NCBI GenBank assembly: GCA_950097015.1
Contig: CATNEN010000012.1
Coordinates: forward strand, 310,001 to 374,000
DNA length: 64,000 bases
Reading direction: 5' to 3'
Source of the DNA: Macrostomum hystrix
Lineage: Eukaryota; Animalia; Platyhelminthes
Positions 1-11,000 of the stretch are shown here, one piece after another (position 1 is the stretch's first letter; every line of letters begins with the position of its first letter). The position numbers and the translations under genes were made by a program. Under the pieces are notes generated by a model. The model saw only the letters and a list, made by a program, of their open reading frames with translations, did not search any database and was not told the DNA's origin.

Positions 1-975
1 TTCTGTAGCGCCTCAGACGCTTCTCTAACGAATCAAACGCTTCTGTAGCGACTCAGACGCTTCTCTAACGAATCAAACGCTTCTGTAGCGACTCAGACGC
101 TTCTCTAACGAATCAAACGCTTCTGTAGCGCCTCAGACGCTTCTCTAACGAATCAAACGCTTCTGTAGCGACTCAGACGCTTCTCTAACGAATCAAACGC
201 TTCTGTAGCGCCTCAGACGCTTCTCTAACGAATCAAACGCTTCTGTAGCGCCTCAGACGCTTCTCTAACGAATCAAACGCTTCTGTAGCGCCTCAGACGC
301 TTCTCTAACGAATCAAACGCTTCTGTAGCGCCTCAGACGCTTCTCTAACGAATCAAACGCTTCTGTAGCGCCTCAGACGCTTCTCTAACGAATCAAACGC
401 TTCTGTAGCGCCTCAGACGCTTCTCTAACGAATCAAACGCTTCTGTAGCGCCTCAGACGCTTCTCTAACGAATCAAACGCTTCTGTAGCGCCTCAGACGC
501 TTCTCTAACGAATCAAACGCTTCTGTAGCGACTCAGACGCTTCTCTAACGAATCAAACGCTTCTGTAGCTCCTCAGACGCTTCTCTAACGAATCAAACGC
601 TTCTGTAGCGCCTCAGACGCTTCTCTAACGAATCAAACGCTTCTGTAGCGCCTCAGACGCTTCTCTAACGAATCAAACGCTTCTGTAGCGACTCAGACGC
701 TTCTCTAACGAATCAAACGCTTCTGTAGCGACTCAGACGCTTCTCTAACGAATCAAACGCTTCTGTAGCGCCTCAGACGCTTCTCTAACGAATCAAACGC
801 TTCTGTAGCGACTCAGACGCTTCTCTAACGAATCAAACGCTTCTGTAGCGCCTCAGACGCTTCTCTAACGAATCAAACGCTTCTGTAGCGCCTCAGTCGC
901 TTCTCTAACGAATCAAACGCTTCTGTAGCGACTCAGACGCTTCTCTAACGAATCAAACGCTTCTGTAGCGCCTCA
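1..975. repeat. 40-bp tandem minisatellite (TTCTGTAGCGCCTCAGACGCTTCTCTAACGAATCAAACGC)n, runs off window start
   Basis: About 24 near-identical units read directly; mainly a C/A variant at one position. Confidence 0.98.
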
Positions 976-1166
976 AACGTGTCTCTCACACTGAGGCAAA
1001 CGTGTACAAACGTGAAAGCGTTTCGCGTTTAAAACACTTTGTAATGTGACACCCAGGTGTCTTGGCATCGTTCTCTTCCCTACTTTTGATGTGACTCAAG
1101 CGTTTCTAAGTCTGTCTAAGCTACGCCGATGTATTGATTTTTATTGATCTATTTAGAGTTCAGGTC

Positions 1167-2629
1167 ATGCAAATTCAATGTGGCATTTCCAGGTCCCTAC
1201 GATCTTCGAGAATGAAGAAGGCCGCACTGAAAGACCACAACAACAGCAGCAGCAGCAAAACAAGCCAGACTCGGGCCGCTAGTGCCCAGGTGGGCGGCAG
1301 CAAAGGTGTCTCTGAAGTGACAAAAAAGGTCATCCAGCAGGCCAGCAAGGCTGTCGGGCCAGACAGCGGGGTGGCCCTGCTCAACGAGCTATGCGATCCA
1401 CTGCTCACCGCCTGCTCAAACTGCGGCGGCGGTGCCGGCACGTGTCGCCGCTGCGGAGACTGCGCCAATCGCTGGTACTGCAGCCGGCAGTGTCAGCGCC
1501 AGGACTGGCCTGAGCACAAGCCAGAGTGCCAGGTGATAGTGCGCCTGCGCTCGCAGAGCCTATTCGCTGAGCAGCTAGGCGCCAGCTATTGCAAGCAGGA
1601 CGAGCCGGCTATTGCTAAGGATCTAGGCGGTGACCTGCTTCGCCGCTCTGCAGCCTTCGCTCTGCCTAACATGTTTGTGGGCAGGTGAGCAGCGACTATT
1701 AAATTGACGTGGCCCTCTGAACTGATTCTTTTAGGAACTGTTAAACAGTAGAACTACCAAGTGAGGATTCCCCCCCCCAGAAATATTTTGTTGCACTCAG
1801 GAACACGGGCCAACTTTTTGTTGCGCATCTTCTGAAACAATAATCAAGTCGCCAGCTCTTTAGACCGTCGAGATATTCAATGTTTCTGGCAGGTCAGATT
1901 TTTCGCATAAGCTAGTGTATTTCATACGCCCATATACACAAATTAGCACTGCGCCACAGTGCGGCCTTGCCAGGCCTTCAAAACTTATCACCATGTCACC
2001 CGAATGCGCCTGCATCATCTCCGTCTTCGGTGGTCACCTACCTTTATTTAGACGGATTTGCTGGACCTTCAAGGGCTACAACAGTTGAAAATAGGCCACG
2101 ATGGACACCCTGACGCGAATTTCTCCAATTTCACTAATCAAGCCTCAATATAAGGGGCAGCTCAACCACAGTACACCATCGCCTAGTCTGTCAACCAATC
2201 AGTCACCAGCCAACGCTGTTAGCATTCAGACACTGCCAAACAATTTCAGTGGGGGGAACTTGGTATAGAACGGGCGGCAAAATGGCTTGGTAGTCCTACT
2301 GTTAAGTTACTTTGATTGTTTCATCGTCTCTATCAATCACTTCCAGGCTGCTTTCAGGACAAAAGCCAGATGAAATCTATTTGCTAACCTGGCCGATGGG
2401 CGACGTAATTAAATTTGCCAGCTTTCGCGTCTTTATCTACGACAGCGTCAAGAAAATGAGAATCGAAGAAGTTGCTAGACTAAAGTCGGCGTTTCATCGC
2501 CTGCTTGGCCAGCCGCTATCGAAGGTGATAGGCGAACTTGACGTGGCAATTCGGCGCACCAGGCTAGTGGAGGATTTCTTGCTACTACCGTCTGAGCCTA
2601 GCAATCCGCCTGATATTTACGTAGCCTAG
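1167..2629 (+). CDS. MYND-type zinc-finger protein, 2 coding exons (1167 or 1212..1684; 2347..2629)
   Basis: CSNC..CRRCGDC..WYCSRQCQRQDWPEHKPEC is a MYND finger. Donor AG|GTGAG at 1685 and acceptor TTCCAG| at 2346 are both phase 2 and fuse the two ORFs (..FVGR|LLSGQK..). Start codon uncertain. Confidence 0.8.
1746..2301. mobile_element. TTAA-flanked MITE (non-autonomous DNA transposon), intronic copy 1
   Basis: Terminal inverted repeats CAGTAGAACTACCAAG / CTTGGTAGTCCTACTG with TTAA adjacent to both ends; interior matches 6780-7345 and 23517-23765 in reverse complement. Confidence 0.8.
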
Positions 2630-2768
2630 TTACAGCTGCAATCTCTTACTCCTTGAGCTGGTCTATTTTTACAAATAGAGGATTCCAGTGCCATTAACTT
2701 GAATTTAATATTCTCTGCTAATGAAAAATTCCACTTTGCTGCCTTGTTAAACTTGAGTGATTTTCGAG

Positions 2769-3012
2769 CGGAAAATTCCACTCAGCTACCCATTAAGCTT
2801 CGTGTTTCAAGGGTGGAAAATTGCACTCAGCCACCCATTAAGCTTCGTGTTTCAAGGGTGGAAAATTCCACTCAGCTACCCATTAAGCTTCGTGTTTCAA
2901 GGGTGGAAATTGCACTCAGGCACCCATTAAGCTTCGTGTTTCAAGGGTGGAAAATTGCACTCAGCTACCCATTAAGCTTCGTGTTTCAAGGGTGGAAAAT
3001 TCCACTCAGCTG
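2769..3012. repeat. 45-bp minisatellite A (GGAAAATTCCACTCAGCTACCCATTAAGCTTCGTGTTTCAAGGGT), about 5.5 copies
   Basis: Direct repeats; explains ORFs 2699 and start of 2947. Confidence 0.95.
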
Positions 3013-3048
3013 TCTTTAAATTTGTCTAACATATTTCATTCTTATGTT

Positions 3049-4010
3049 AGAGGAATATTCCGCTCAGCTTCTCTACAAAGGTCATGTATTTTGAGTGGAA
3101 TATTCCGCTCAGCTTCTCTACAAAGGTCATGTATTTTGAGTGGAATATTCCGCTCAGCTTCTCTACAAAGGTCATGTATTTTGAGTGGAATATTCCGCTC
3201 AGCTTCTCTACAAAGGTCATGTATTTTGAGTGGAATATTCCGCTCAGCTTCTCTACAAAGGTCATGTATTTTGAGTGGAATATTCCGCTCAGCTTCTCTA
3301 CAATGGTCATGTATTTTGAGTGGAATATTCCGCTCAGCTTCTCTACAAAGGTCATGTATTTTGAGAGGAATATTCCGCTCAGCTTCTCTACAAAGGTCAT
3401 GTATTTTGAGTGGAATATTCCGCTCAGCTTCTCTACAAAGGTCTTGTATTTTGAGTGGAATATTCCGCTCAGCTTCTCTACAAAGGTCATGTATTTTGAG
3501 TGGAATATTCCGCTCAGCTTCTCTACAAAGGTCATGTATTTTGAGTGGAATATTCCGCTCAGCTTCTCTACAAAGGTCATGTATTTTGAGAGGAATATTC
3601 CGCTCAGCTTCTCTACAAAGGTCATGTATTTTGAGTGGAATATTCCGCTCAGCTTCTCTACAAAGGTCATGTATTTTGAGTGGAATATTCCGCTCAGCTT
3701 CTCTACAATGGTCATGTATTTTGAGTGGAATATTCCGCTCAGCTTCTCTACAAAGGTCATGTATTTTGAGTGGAATATTCCGCTCAGCTTCTCTACAAAG
3801 GTCATGTATTTTGAGTGGAATATTCCGCTCAGCTTCTCTACAAAGGTCATATATTTTGAGTGGAATATTCCGCTCAGCTTCTCTACAAAGGTCATGTATT
3901 TTGAGTGGAATATTCCGCTCAGCTTCTCTACAAAGGTCATGTATTTTGAGAGGAATATTCCGCTCAGCTTCTCTACAAAGGTCATGTATTTTGAGTGGAA
4001 TATGCAGCTC
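3049..4010. repeat. 45-bp minisatellite B (GGAATATTCCGCTCAGCTTCTCTACAAAGGTCATGTATTTTGAGT), about 21 copies
   Basis: Direct repeats; explains the 15-aa periodic ORFs on both strands. Confidence 0.97.
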
Positions 4011-4439
4011 ACTTGTCCGGTAAATTTCGGTGATTTGAGAGTGAAAAAAATCGCTTAGTTTCTGGTTGCCTTTATTATGTTATTGTTTTATTACTAAATT
4101 AAAGCTCAAATTTCGATGCATTTTCGATTGTTTATAATGTATTTCTATTTTCTAAGCACAGGCATTTTACGACGAGTTATTGTTGTTTTTAATATCTTTT
4201 TTCAAAACTTTGTTGCTCAGTTACTCTATTTACTAGCTCCGTTTGTAAATCCATTGAAATCAGTCAGTTAAGAGAACTAAGTCTTGCTATCTTCTTTGTG
4301 AAAACCATTTTACCTTTGAAAGTATATTCATGCATACGTAGTTGTTGTTTATTTTCTGAATGGGTCTCTTTTTGCTTTAGTAATTTTCTTTAATAGTTTT
4401 TAGATTGCAGGTAGATTAGATAAAATAGATAAAATCTAG

Positions 4440-4530
4440 AACACGGGTTAAAGTTTCCCGCTCAATCCAATGTATCAACTTCCTTAATCACAAAACATCG
4501 GCATTGTCGAGATATCCCACGATTCTTGTC
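4440..4530 (-). mobile_element. Unclassified interspersed repeat fragment (related copies at about 44400-44560 and 49100-49250 on +)
   Basis: Reverse complement GAATCGTGGGATATCTCGACAATGCCGATGTTTTGTG..AACCCGTGTTC aligns with 44403-44490. Confidence 0.55.
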
Positions 4531-5013
4531 GGTGTGTCTGGTGGCAGAAACCACCAGTATAGGCATCATTATTTTATTAAAAATGAGTCAAAATATATAA
4601 CCTTGTTGGCTATTATTGTTGATTCATTTTGAACCAATAGGGATTCGCCATAGAGGTTTATACAGAGAAATGTTTGTTGTCCTTGTCACCAGGCTCTTTG
4701 ACAAGAATCGCTGAATAACTCGACGATGCTGACGTCGGACGTCTTTGAAATTTAGTTCATTGTAAATGGCGGAAACTTTTGATCCAAATGGTTGAGTTTC
4801 ACTAAAATCAGTAATTCGGTTTGGGAGCTATCGTGGTCACGAAATAGCGTGCTATTTTATTGTTAATCAGAGTTGTCAAATGTGACTTACTGCTATCAGT
4901 AGCACAGTCGGCAAAAAACTTCTTAATTTAGGAATGCAGAAAATAAAATAACGCGATTCCAATATGTTTCTTAAATAACAGCAGCGGGAAGAAGCTGCGA
5001 TCAGCAGTTCATC

Positions 5014-8000
5014 ATGCAAGAGCTTACCAGGCCGCACCTGGAGTCCTTTAACTTTGCCGCTCAGCACGGCCTGTCCTTGGCCGCTCGCAGCCTGCCCCCA
5101 GTCTATGCCGATGCGCACGCTGGTCGTTCGCGAGTTCAGGTTGGTTGCAAAGTTAACTCCGACGCGAAATGCTACAATCCCTTATTTTACCTGTATTTGA
5201 AATCCCCTCAAATCCCATCTCAGAATTTTCCAGTTTCACATATTTTTAACCTATATATAGAATCCCGTCAGATTCCATTCCGCATTTCCCCAATTCTTCT
5301 TTCTTTATCTTTTTTAAAATCCCCCCCAGATTTTCCTGTTTCCCTTATTTTTGCTTATTTTCAAAATCCCCTTAGATTTCATCCCCGATTTCCTATTTCC
5401 CCTTATTTTTACCTATATTTTAAATCGTCCCTAAGGCGGTCGGTGGCAGAGCGGTTATCGCGTTTGCCTCTCGCACCAAGGTCCCTGAGTTCGATTCCAC
5501 AGCGAGGCCACATTTATTTGGGGCGCAGCCGCGGAGAGAAGGCTTGAGGGCTTGTCGTGCAATTTATGGCCTTGTGGGCCAGCCTCCAAGGCACAGTTAA
5601 GTGCACACTGCCTGACGATGAGAAAGTCAGGGCAGATGTACACACACACCTGTGTGAGTGTGTGCCTGCGTACAGTATCTGTGTGCGTGTGTGCTCAGGA
5701 GTCAGCGAAATGCGCAGAATTGCCTTCTCGCTGGCCGCGGGTCTAGTGTCACTAAATGATGTGCCATTGCCTGCAGCCCTCCTGCAATTATTATTATTAA
5801 ATCGTCCCTAGATTTCCCAGATTTTTATCTGTATTTAAAATCCTTTCAGATTCCATCTCTGATTTCCCAGTTTCCCTCATCCCTTTACAGGTGTCCATCG
5901 CTAGCCTTGAACTCACTCAGCCGATAGATGAGCAAAGCCAGCGCCCCCTGCTGCCCAGCCAGTGCCGTCGGGCCGGCCTCACATACTCCGGCGGCCTGGT
6001 TGGACGGCTTGAGTTTCGAGTCAACGGCGAACTGATCGAATCTCTGGGCACTCGGCTTGGCAGCGTGCCAATCATGGTGCGGTCCCTGGGCGTGCTGCCT
6101 GTTCGGCAAGTCCAAGGCGGAACTAGTCGCCGCCAAGGAGGAACACAACGAAGCTGGTGGCTATTTTATTGTCAATGGCAACGAGCGCATCATTCGCATG
6201 CTCATCATGCCGCGCCGCAATTATCCCATCTCGGTGTGTCGGCCTTCATTTATGAAGAAAGGCAAATGGTTCAGCGATAAGGCTGTCATTGTGCGCTGCG
6301 TCACCGATGATCAGGTGAGGCTTCTGCCGATGTGCCAGTGCCGAATTCGCTGCTTAGATAGGTCAAGGCTACGGGACTTGCCGGTCTTTATTTGCAGGAG
6401 GGCTGCGGGCAATGGCTCATCATTTGGTGTCAGTAGACCCGCAGCCAGTGAGGAGGCAATTCTGCCCATTTCGCTGACTCAGTGAGCACACACGCACACA
6501 GACGCCGTACGCAGGCATACGCTCACACAGGTGTGTACATCTGCCCTGACTTTCTCATCGTCAGGCAGTGTACACTTCACTGTGTCTTGGGGTTGGCCCT
6601 CAAGGGCGTAGATTGCACGACAAGCCCCCAAGCCTTCTCGCCGCGGAATCGAGCTCAGGTAACTTGGCGCGAGAGTAAAACGCGTTAACAGCTCTGCCAC
6701 TCACACCCGCGTTGGGGCTCAGCGGAGTCGGACATTCTTGTAGACACCTTTTAGCTGCTTGGCACATAATGTTTAATATTAGACTACCAAACCATTTTGC
6801 CACCCGTTTTTATACCAAGAAAATATTTCTGCCTCCGGTAATTTTTCGGCAGTGCCTGAGTGCTAAATGGTGCCTGATTGGTTGACAGACTTGGCGATGG
6901 TGTCCTGTGGTTGAGCTGCGCCTAGTATTTAGGCTTGATCAGTGAAATGAGAGAAATTCGCGTCAGGATGTCCGTAGTGTCCAGCAAATCCGTCTCGATA
7001 AAGGTAGGTGACCACCGAAGACGGAGATGATGCAGGCGCATTCGGGTGACATGCTGATAAGTTATGAAGGCCTGGCAAGGCCGCACTGTGGCGCAGTGCT
7101 AATTCGTGTATAGGAGTGTATGAAATACACGAGTTCTTACGGCAAAAATCAGACCTTAGGCCAGAAACATTGAATATCCAATATCCAATTGAATATCCAC
7201 CGGTCTGAAGAGCTGGCGACTTGATTCTTGTTTCAGAAGATGCGCAACAAAAAGTTGGCCCGTGTTCTTGAGTTTCGTGTGCTTGTGTTGCTCCGTTCGG
7301 GTGTAACACAAGAAATCGTCAGCCGGAAATTTCCCTAGGTAGTAGTTATATTGTTATTGATGAAATTAGTCACTAAGCAAGAAATATTAAAGCAATGTTT
7401 TTAAGTTAAAGCATCGTTTAAAAAATTGTCTATCAGTGATAGATTATTTCGGATCAATTTTTCGCCTTCGCTCCGACATAAAAAGCCTTTAGAGATATGG
7501 GCGACTATTCGTTTCGGTTTGTTTTTTTTAATCTTCTGTTGCTACTTTTTACTGTTAAAAAATCGACGATGCAGACAATCTGGAAAGATGAAAATCTGCT
7601 CGTCTACAGGTGTATCCCAAGACACAAAGCCCAGTGAGAGTGTACACAGCGGCACGTAACTAATCCAAACTCCGCCCCCGCACCCAGACTGCCAGCGTGA
7701 ATATTCTGCACTGGCGCAATGCCTGCGATCCTGTGATGGGCTTCACCTACGAGAAAGAGCAGTTCTACGCGCCAGTAGGCCTACTATTGCGCGCCTTATT
7801 TGACGGCTCGCCAGCGGAGATGTACCAGGCCATTGTGCTGAGCCATACTGGCAGCGAGAGCGGGGATCCATCTTTGCTGTTCATGGCTAAGCAGGCTCTG
7901 CTCTATCTGCAGTCTTCCGACCAGTTTAAAACCCGACAATCTGTTCTAAAGTACATTGGCGGCTCATTCAGGTGTGCTGGCTTATCTCTTATTTAAAGCC

Positions 8001-11000
8001 TAATTATTGATTAATTTTTTTAAAGTCTGACTCCTTCCTCTCCTCTGATTGCTGTACAGGCAACGCCTACGTTTACCTGCCGACGCCAGCGATTTGGAGT
8101 GCGGCCGTCATCTGATGCAGCGTTCCGTCCTGACCCACTGCCAATCGGATGCGGACAAATTCTATCTGCTCTGCCTGATGCTCAGGAAATTGCACGCCAG
8201 CGCTAGGGGCCTCTGTACAGTTGAGTCCAATGACAGCCTCATCTTCCAGGAGCTGCTGCTTCCAGGACACCTCTACCTGCAGGTTTGAACTGAAAGGAAT
8301 CTAATGTGGCTAGTTCTATTCGGGGTGAGATTTCATGGTAGATCTCTCAGGGTGAGATTTCAGGGCAGCTCTCTTATGGGTGAGATTTCAGGGCAGCTCT
8401 CTCAGGGGTGAGATTTCAGGGCAGCTCTCTTATGGGTGAGATTTCAGGGCAGCTCTCTCAGGGGTGAGATTTCAGGGCAGCTCTCCTATGGGTGAGATTT
8501 CAGGGCAGCTCTCTCAGGGGTGAGATTTCAGGGCAGCTCTCTCAGGGATGAGATGTCAGGGCAGCTCTCTTATGGGTGAGATTTCAGGGCAGCTCTCTTA
8601 TGGGTGAGATTTCAGGGCAGCTCTCTCAGGGGTGAGATTTCAGGGCAGCTCTCTCAGGGGTGAGATTTCAGGGCAGCTCTCTCAGGGGTGAGATTTCAGG
8701 GCAGCTCTCTCAGGGGTGAGATTTCAGGGCAGCTCTCTTATGGGTGAGATTTCAGGGCAGCTCTCTTATGGGTGAGATTTCAGGGCAGCTCTCTCAGGGG
8801 TGAGATTTCAGGGCAGCTCTCTCAGGGGTGAGATTTCAGGGCAGCTTTCTCAATGCGAGATTTCAGGGCAGCTTTCTCAATGCGAGATTTCAGGTTAGCA
8901 TTCTCAATGTGAGATTTCAGGTTAGCTTTCTGAGGGATGAGATGTCAGGGCAGCTCTCTCGGGGGTGTAGATTGAGTTAGAGAATGTTTATAAACTCTTA
9001 GCAAATATTTCACAACCTGCTGATCCAGGTGCTAAGGGACGTACTCTACCGCTGGTTGCTCACCCTGCAACGCCTGATGGAGAAGAAGCTGGCCAAAGCG
9101 CAGGCAGGCAATCCGGCCGCTATTAGCGACGCGATAAAAACCGCCGTTGGCCTGTGCTCGCATGACATCACTGCCGCTATGGACAACTTCATGGCCACCG
9201 GCAATTTGAACAGTCAGAGCATGCTGCTGCTTCAGAACACAGGCCTGGTTGTGCCCGGCGACAACATCAATCGGCTGCGCTTCGCCGCTCATTTTCGGGC
9301 TGTCCATCGTGGCGCCTTCTTCACCGAGATGCGGACCACAGCCGTGCGCCGCCTGCTGCCGGAGACCTGGGGCTTCATCTGCCCGGTGCACACTCCCGAC
9401 GGAGCGCCCTGCGGCCTGCTGAATCACCTCACCGCCGCCTGCTTAGTAGTCAGCTCGCCTGAGCGGCCGGATCGACTGGCCCTGACCGCCGAGATGTGCC
9501 TCCGCGGCCTGGTGCCGCTGAATGAGGCATCCGCCCTCAGCCAGGACCTGCAGGCCTGCCTGCCAGTGATGTTGGACGGTGTGCTGTGCGGCCTGGTGCC
9601 GCCCAGACTGGCTGTTGGCCTGGCCAACTGGCTCAGACTGCAGAAGGTGCGCTGCCTATGCTCAAGCATGTACTCCACCTCCTGCCTTGTCAACAACACC
9701 TACAATCGGAATCAACAGCACCCACCCAAACCTCCGGAATCAACAGCACCCACCCAACCTCTGAAATCAACAGCACCCACCCCAACCTCCGTAATCAACA
9801 GCACCCACCTCAACCTCCGGAATCAAGAGCACCCACCCCAACCTCTGATATCAACAGCACCCACCCCAACCTCCGTAATCAACAGCACCCACCTCAACCT
9901 CCGTAATCAACAGCACCCACCCCAATCTCTAAAATCAACAGCACCCACCCCAACCTCTGAAATCAACAGCACCCACCCCAACCTCTGAAATCAACAGCAC
10001 CCACCCCAACCTCCTGTAAATCAACAGCACCCACCTCAACCTCCGTAATCAACAGCACCCACCCCAACCTCTGAAATCAACAGCACCCACCCCAACTTCC
10101 GGAATACCTGCACCCGCCCCATCCGCTCTCCACAGACATCCAAGCTAAGTGGGTCCGACCGCTCCCGCCTGGTGCCGCGGACCCTGGAGATCGCACTGGT
10201 GACGCCTCGAGGCGCTGGCTCTGCCGGTCCCTATCCTGGTCTCTACCTGTTCAGCGACAGCGCCCGACTTCTTCGACCTGTGCGCAATCTAATTAGCAAC
10301 TGCGTTGAGTATATTGGCCCATACGAGCAGTGCTTCCTTGGCATTGCCATCGATGAGCAGTCGCTGCAGCCGGACTCCACCCATTGCGAAGTGAATAATA
10401 ATGCTATTTTTAGCTTCGTCGCTGGCCTAACGCCGTTTCCGGACTTTAATCAGAGTCCTAGGAATATCTATCAGTGCCAGATGGGCAAGCAGTCTATGGG
10501 TCACAGTTACAATAGCTACAGGCACCGCTCCGATAATAAGCTCTATCGACTGTTGTGTCCTCAAAAACCCATGGTTAAGACTGGCACCTATGACAAGTAC
10601 GGCATGAGCGACAATGCATTAGGATTCAATGCCATCGTGGCTGTGGTGTCCTACACTGGGTGAGTTCCCAGACAATATCATAAATCCTATCTGTGTCAGT
10701 CAAACTGGGAGGATAAAGCTTTTCGACTAATATTTCACTAATACAATAGTCCTTAAGTCGATAATCCAAATCTTCAGGCTTGATAATCCATAACCTGTGC
10801 CCTTCAGATCTTCAGGCTTGATAATCCATAACCTGTGCCCTTCAGATCTTCAGGCTTGATAATCCATAACCTGTGCCCTTAAGATCTTCAGGCTTGATAA
10901 TCCATAACCTGTGCCCTTCAGATCTTCAGGCTTGATAATCCATAACCTGTGCCCTTCAGATCTTCAGGCTTGATAATCCATAACCTGTGCCCTTCAGATC

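Noticed and set aside
1-975. CRISPR-like appearance of regular 30-45-bp repeats
   Set aside because: Units are head-to-tail with no unique spacers, there are no cas genes, and the DNA is eukaryotic.
2947-4058. Long periodic ORFs on both strands (321-358 aa)
   Set aside because: They are the 45-bp minisatellite read in stop-free frames, with no splice or family support. The same applies to ORFs at 11893, 22620-23396, 24488, 25781, 28678-29280, 29502 and 60200.
5605-5635. Possible hammerhead ribozyme in SINE family 1 (CTGACGA..GAAA GTC)
   Set aside because: Only 3 nt lie between CUGACGA and GAAA, there is no stem III and stem I does not pair at the cleavage site. The segment folds as a simple hairpin CTGCCTGAC/GTCAGGGCAG.
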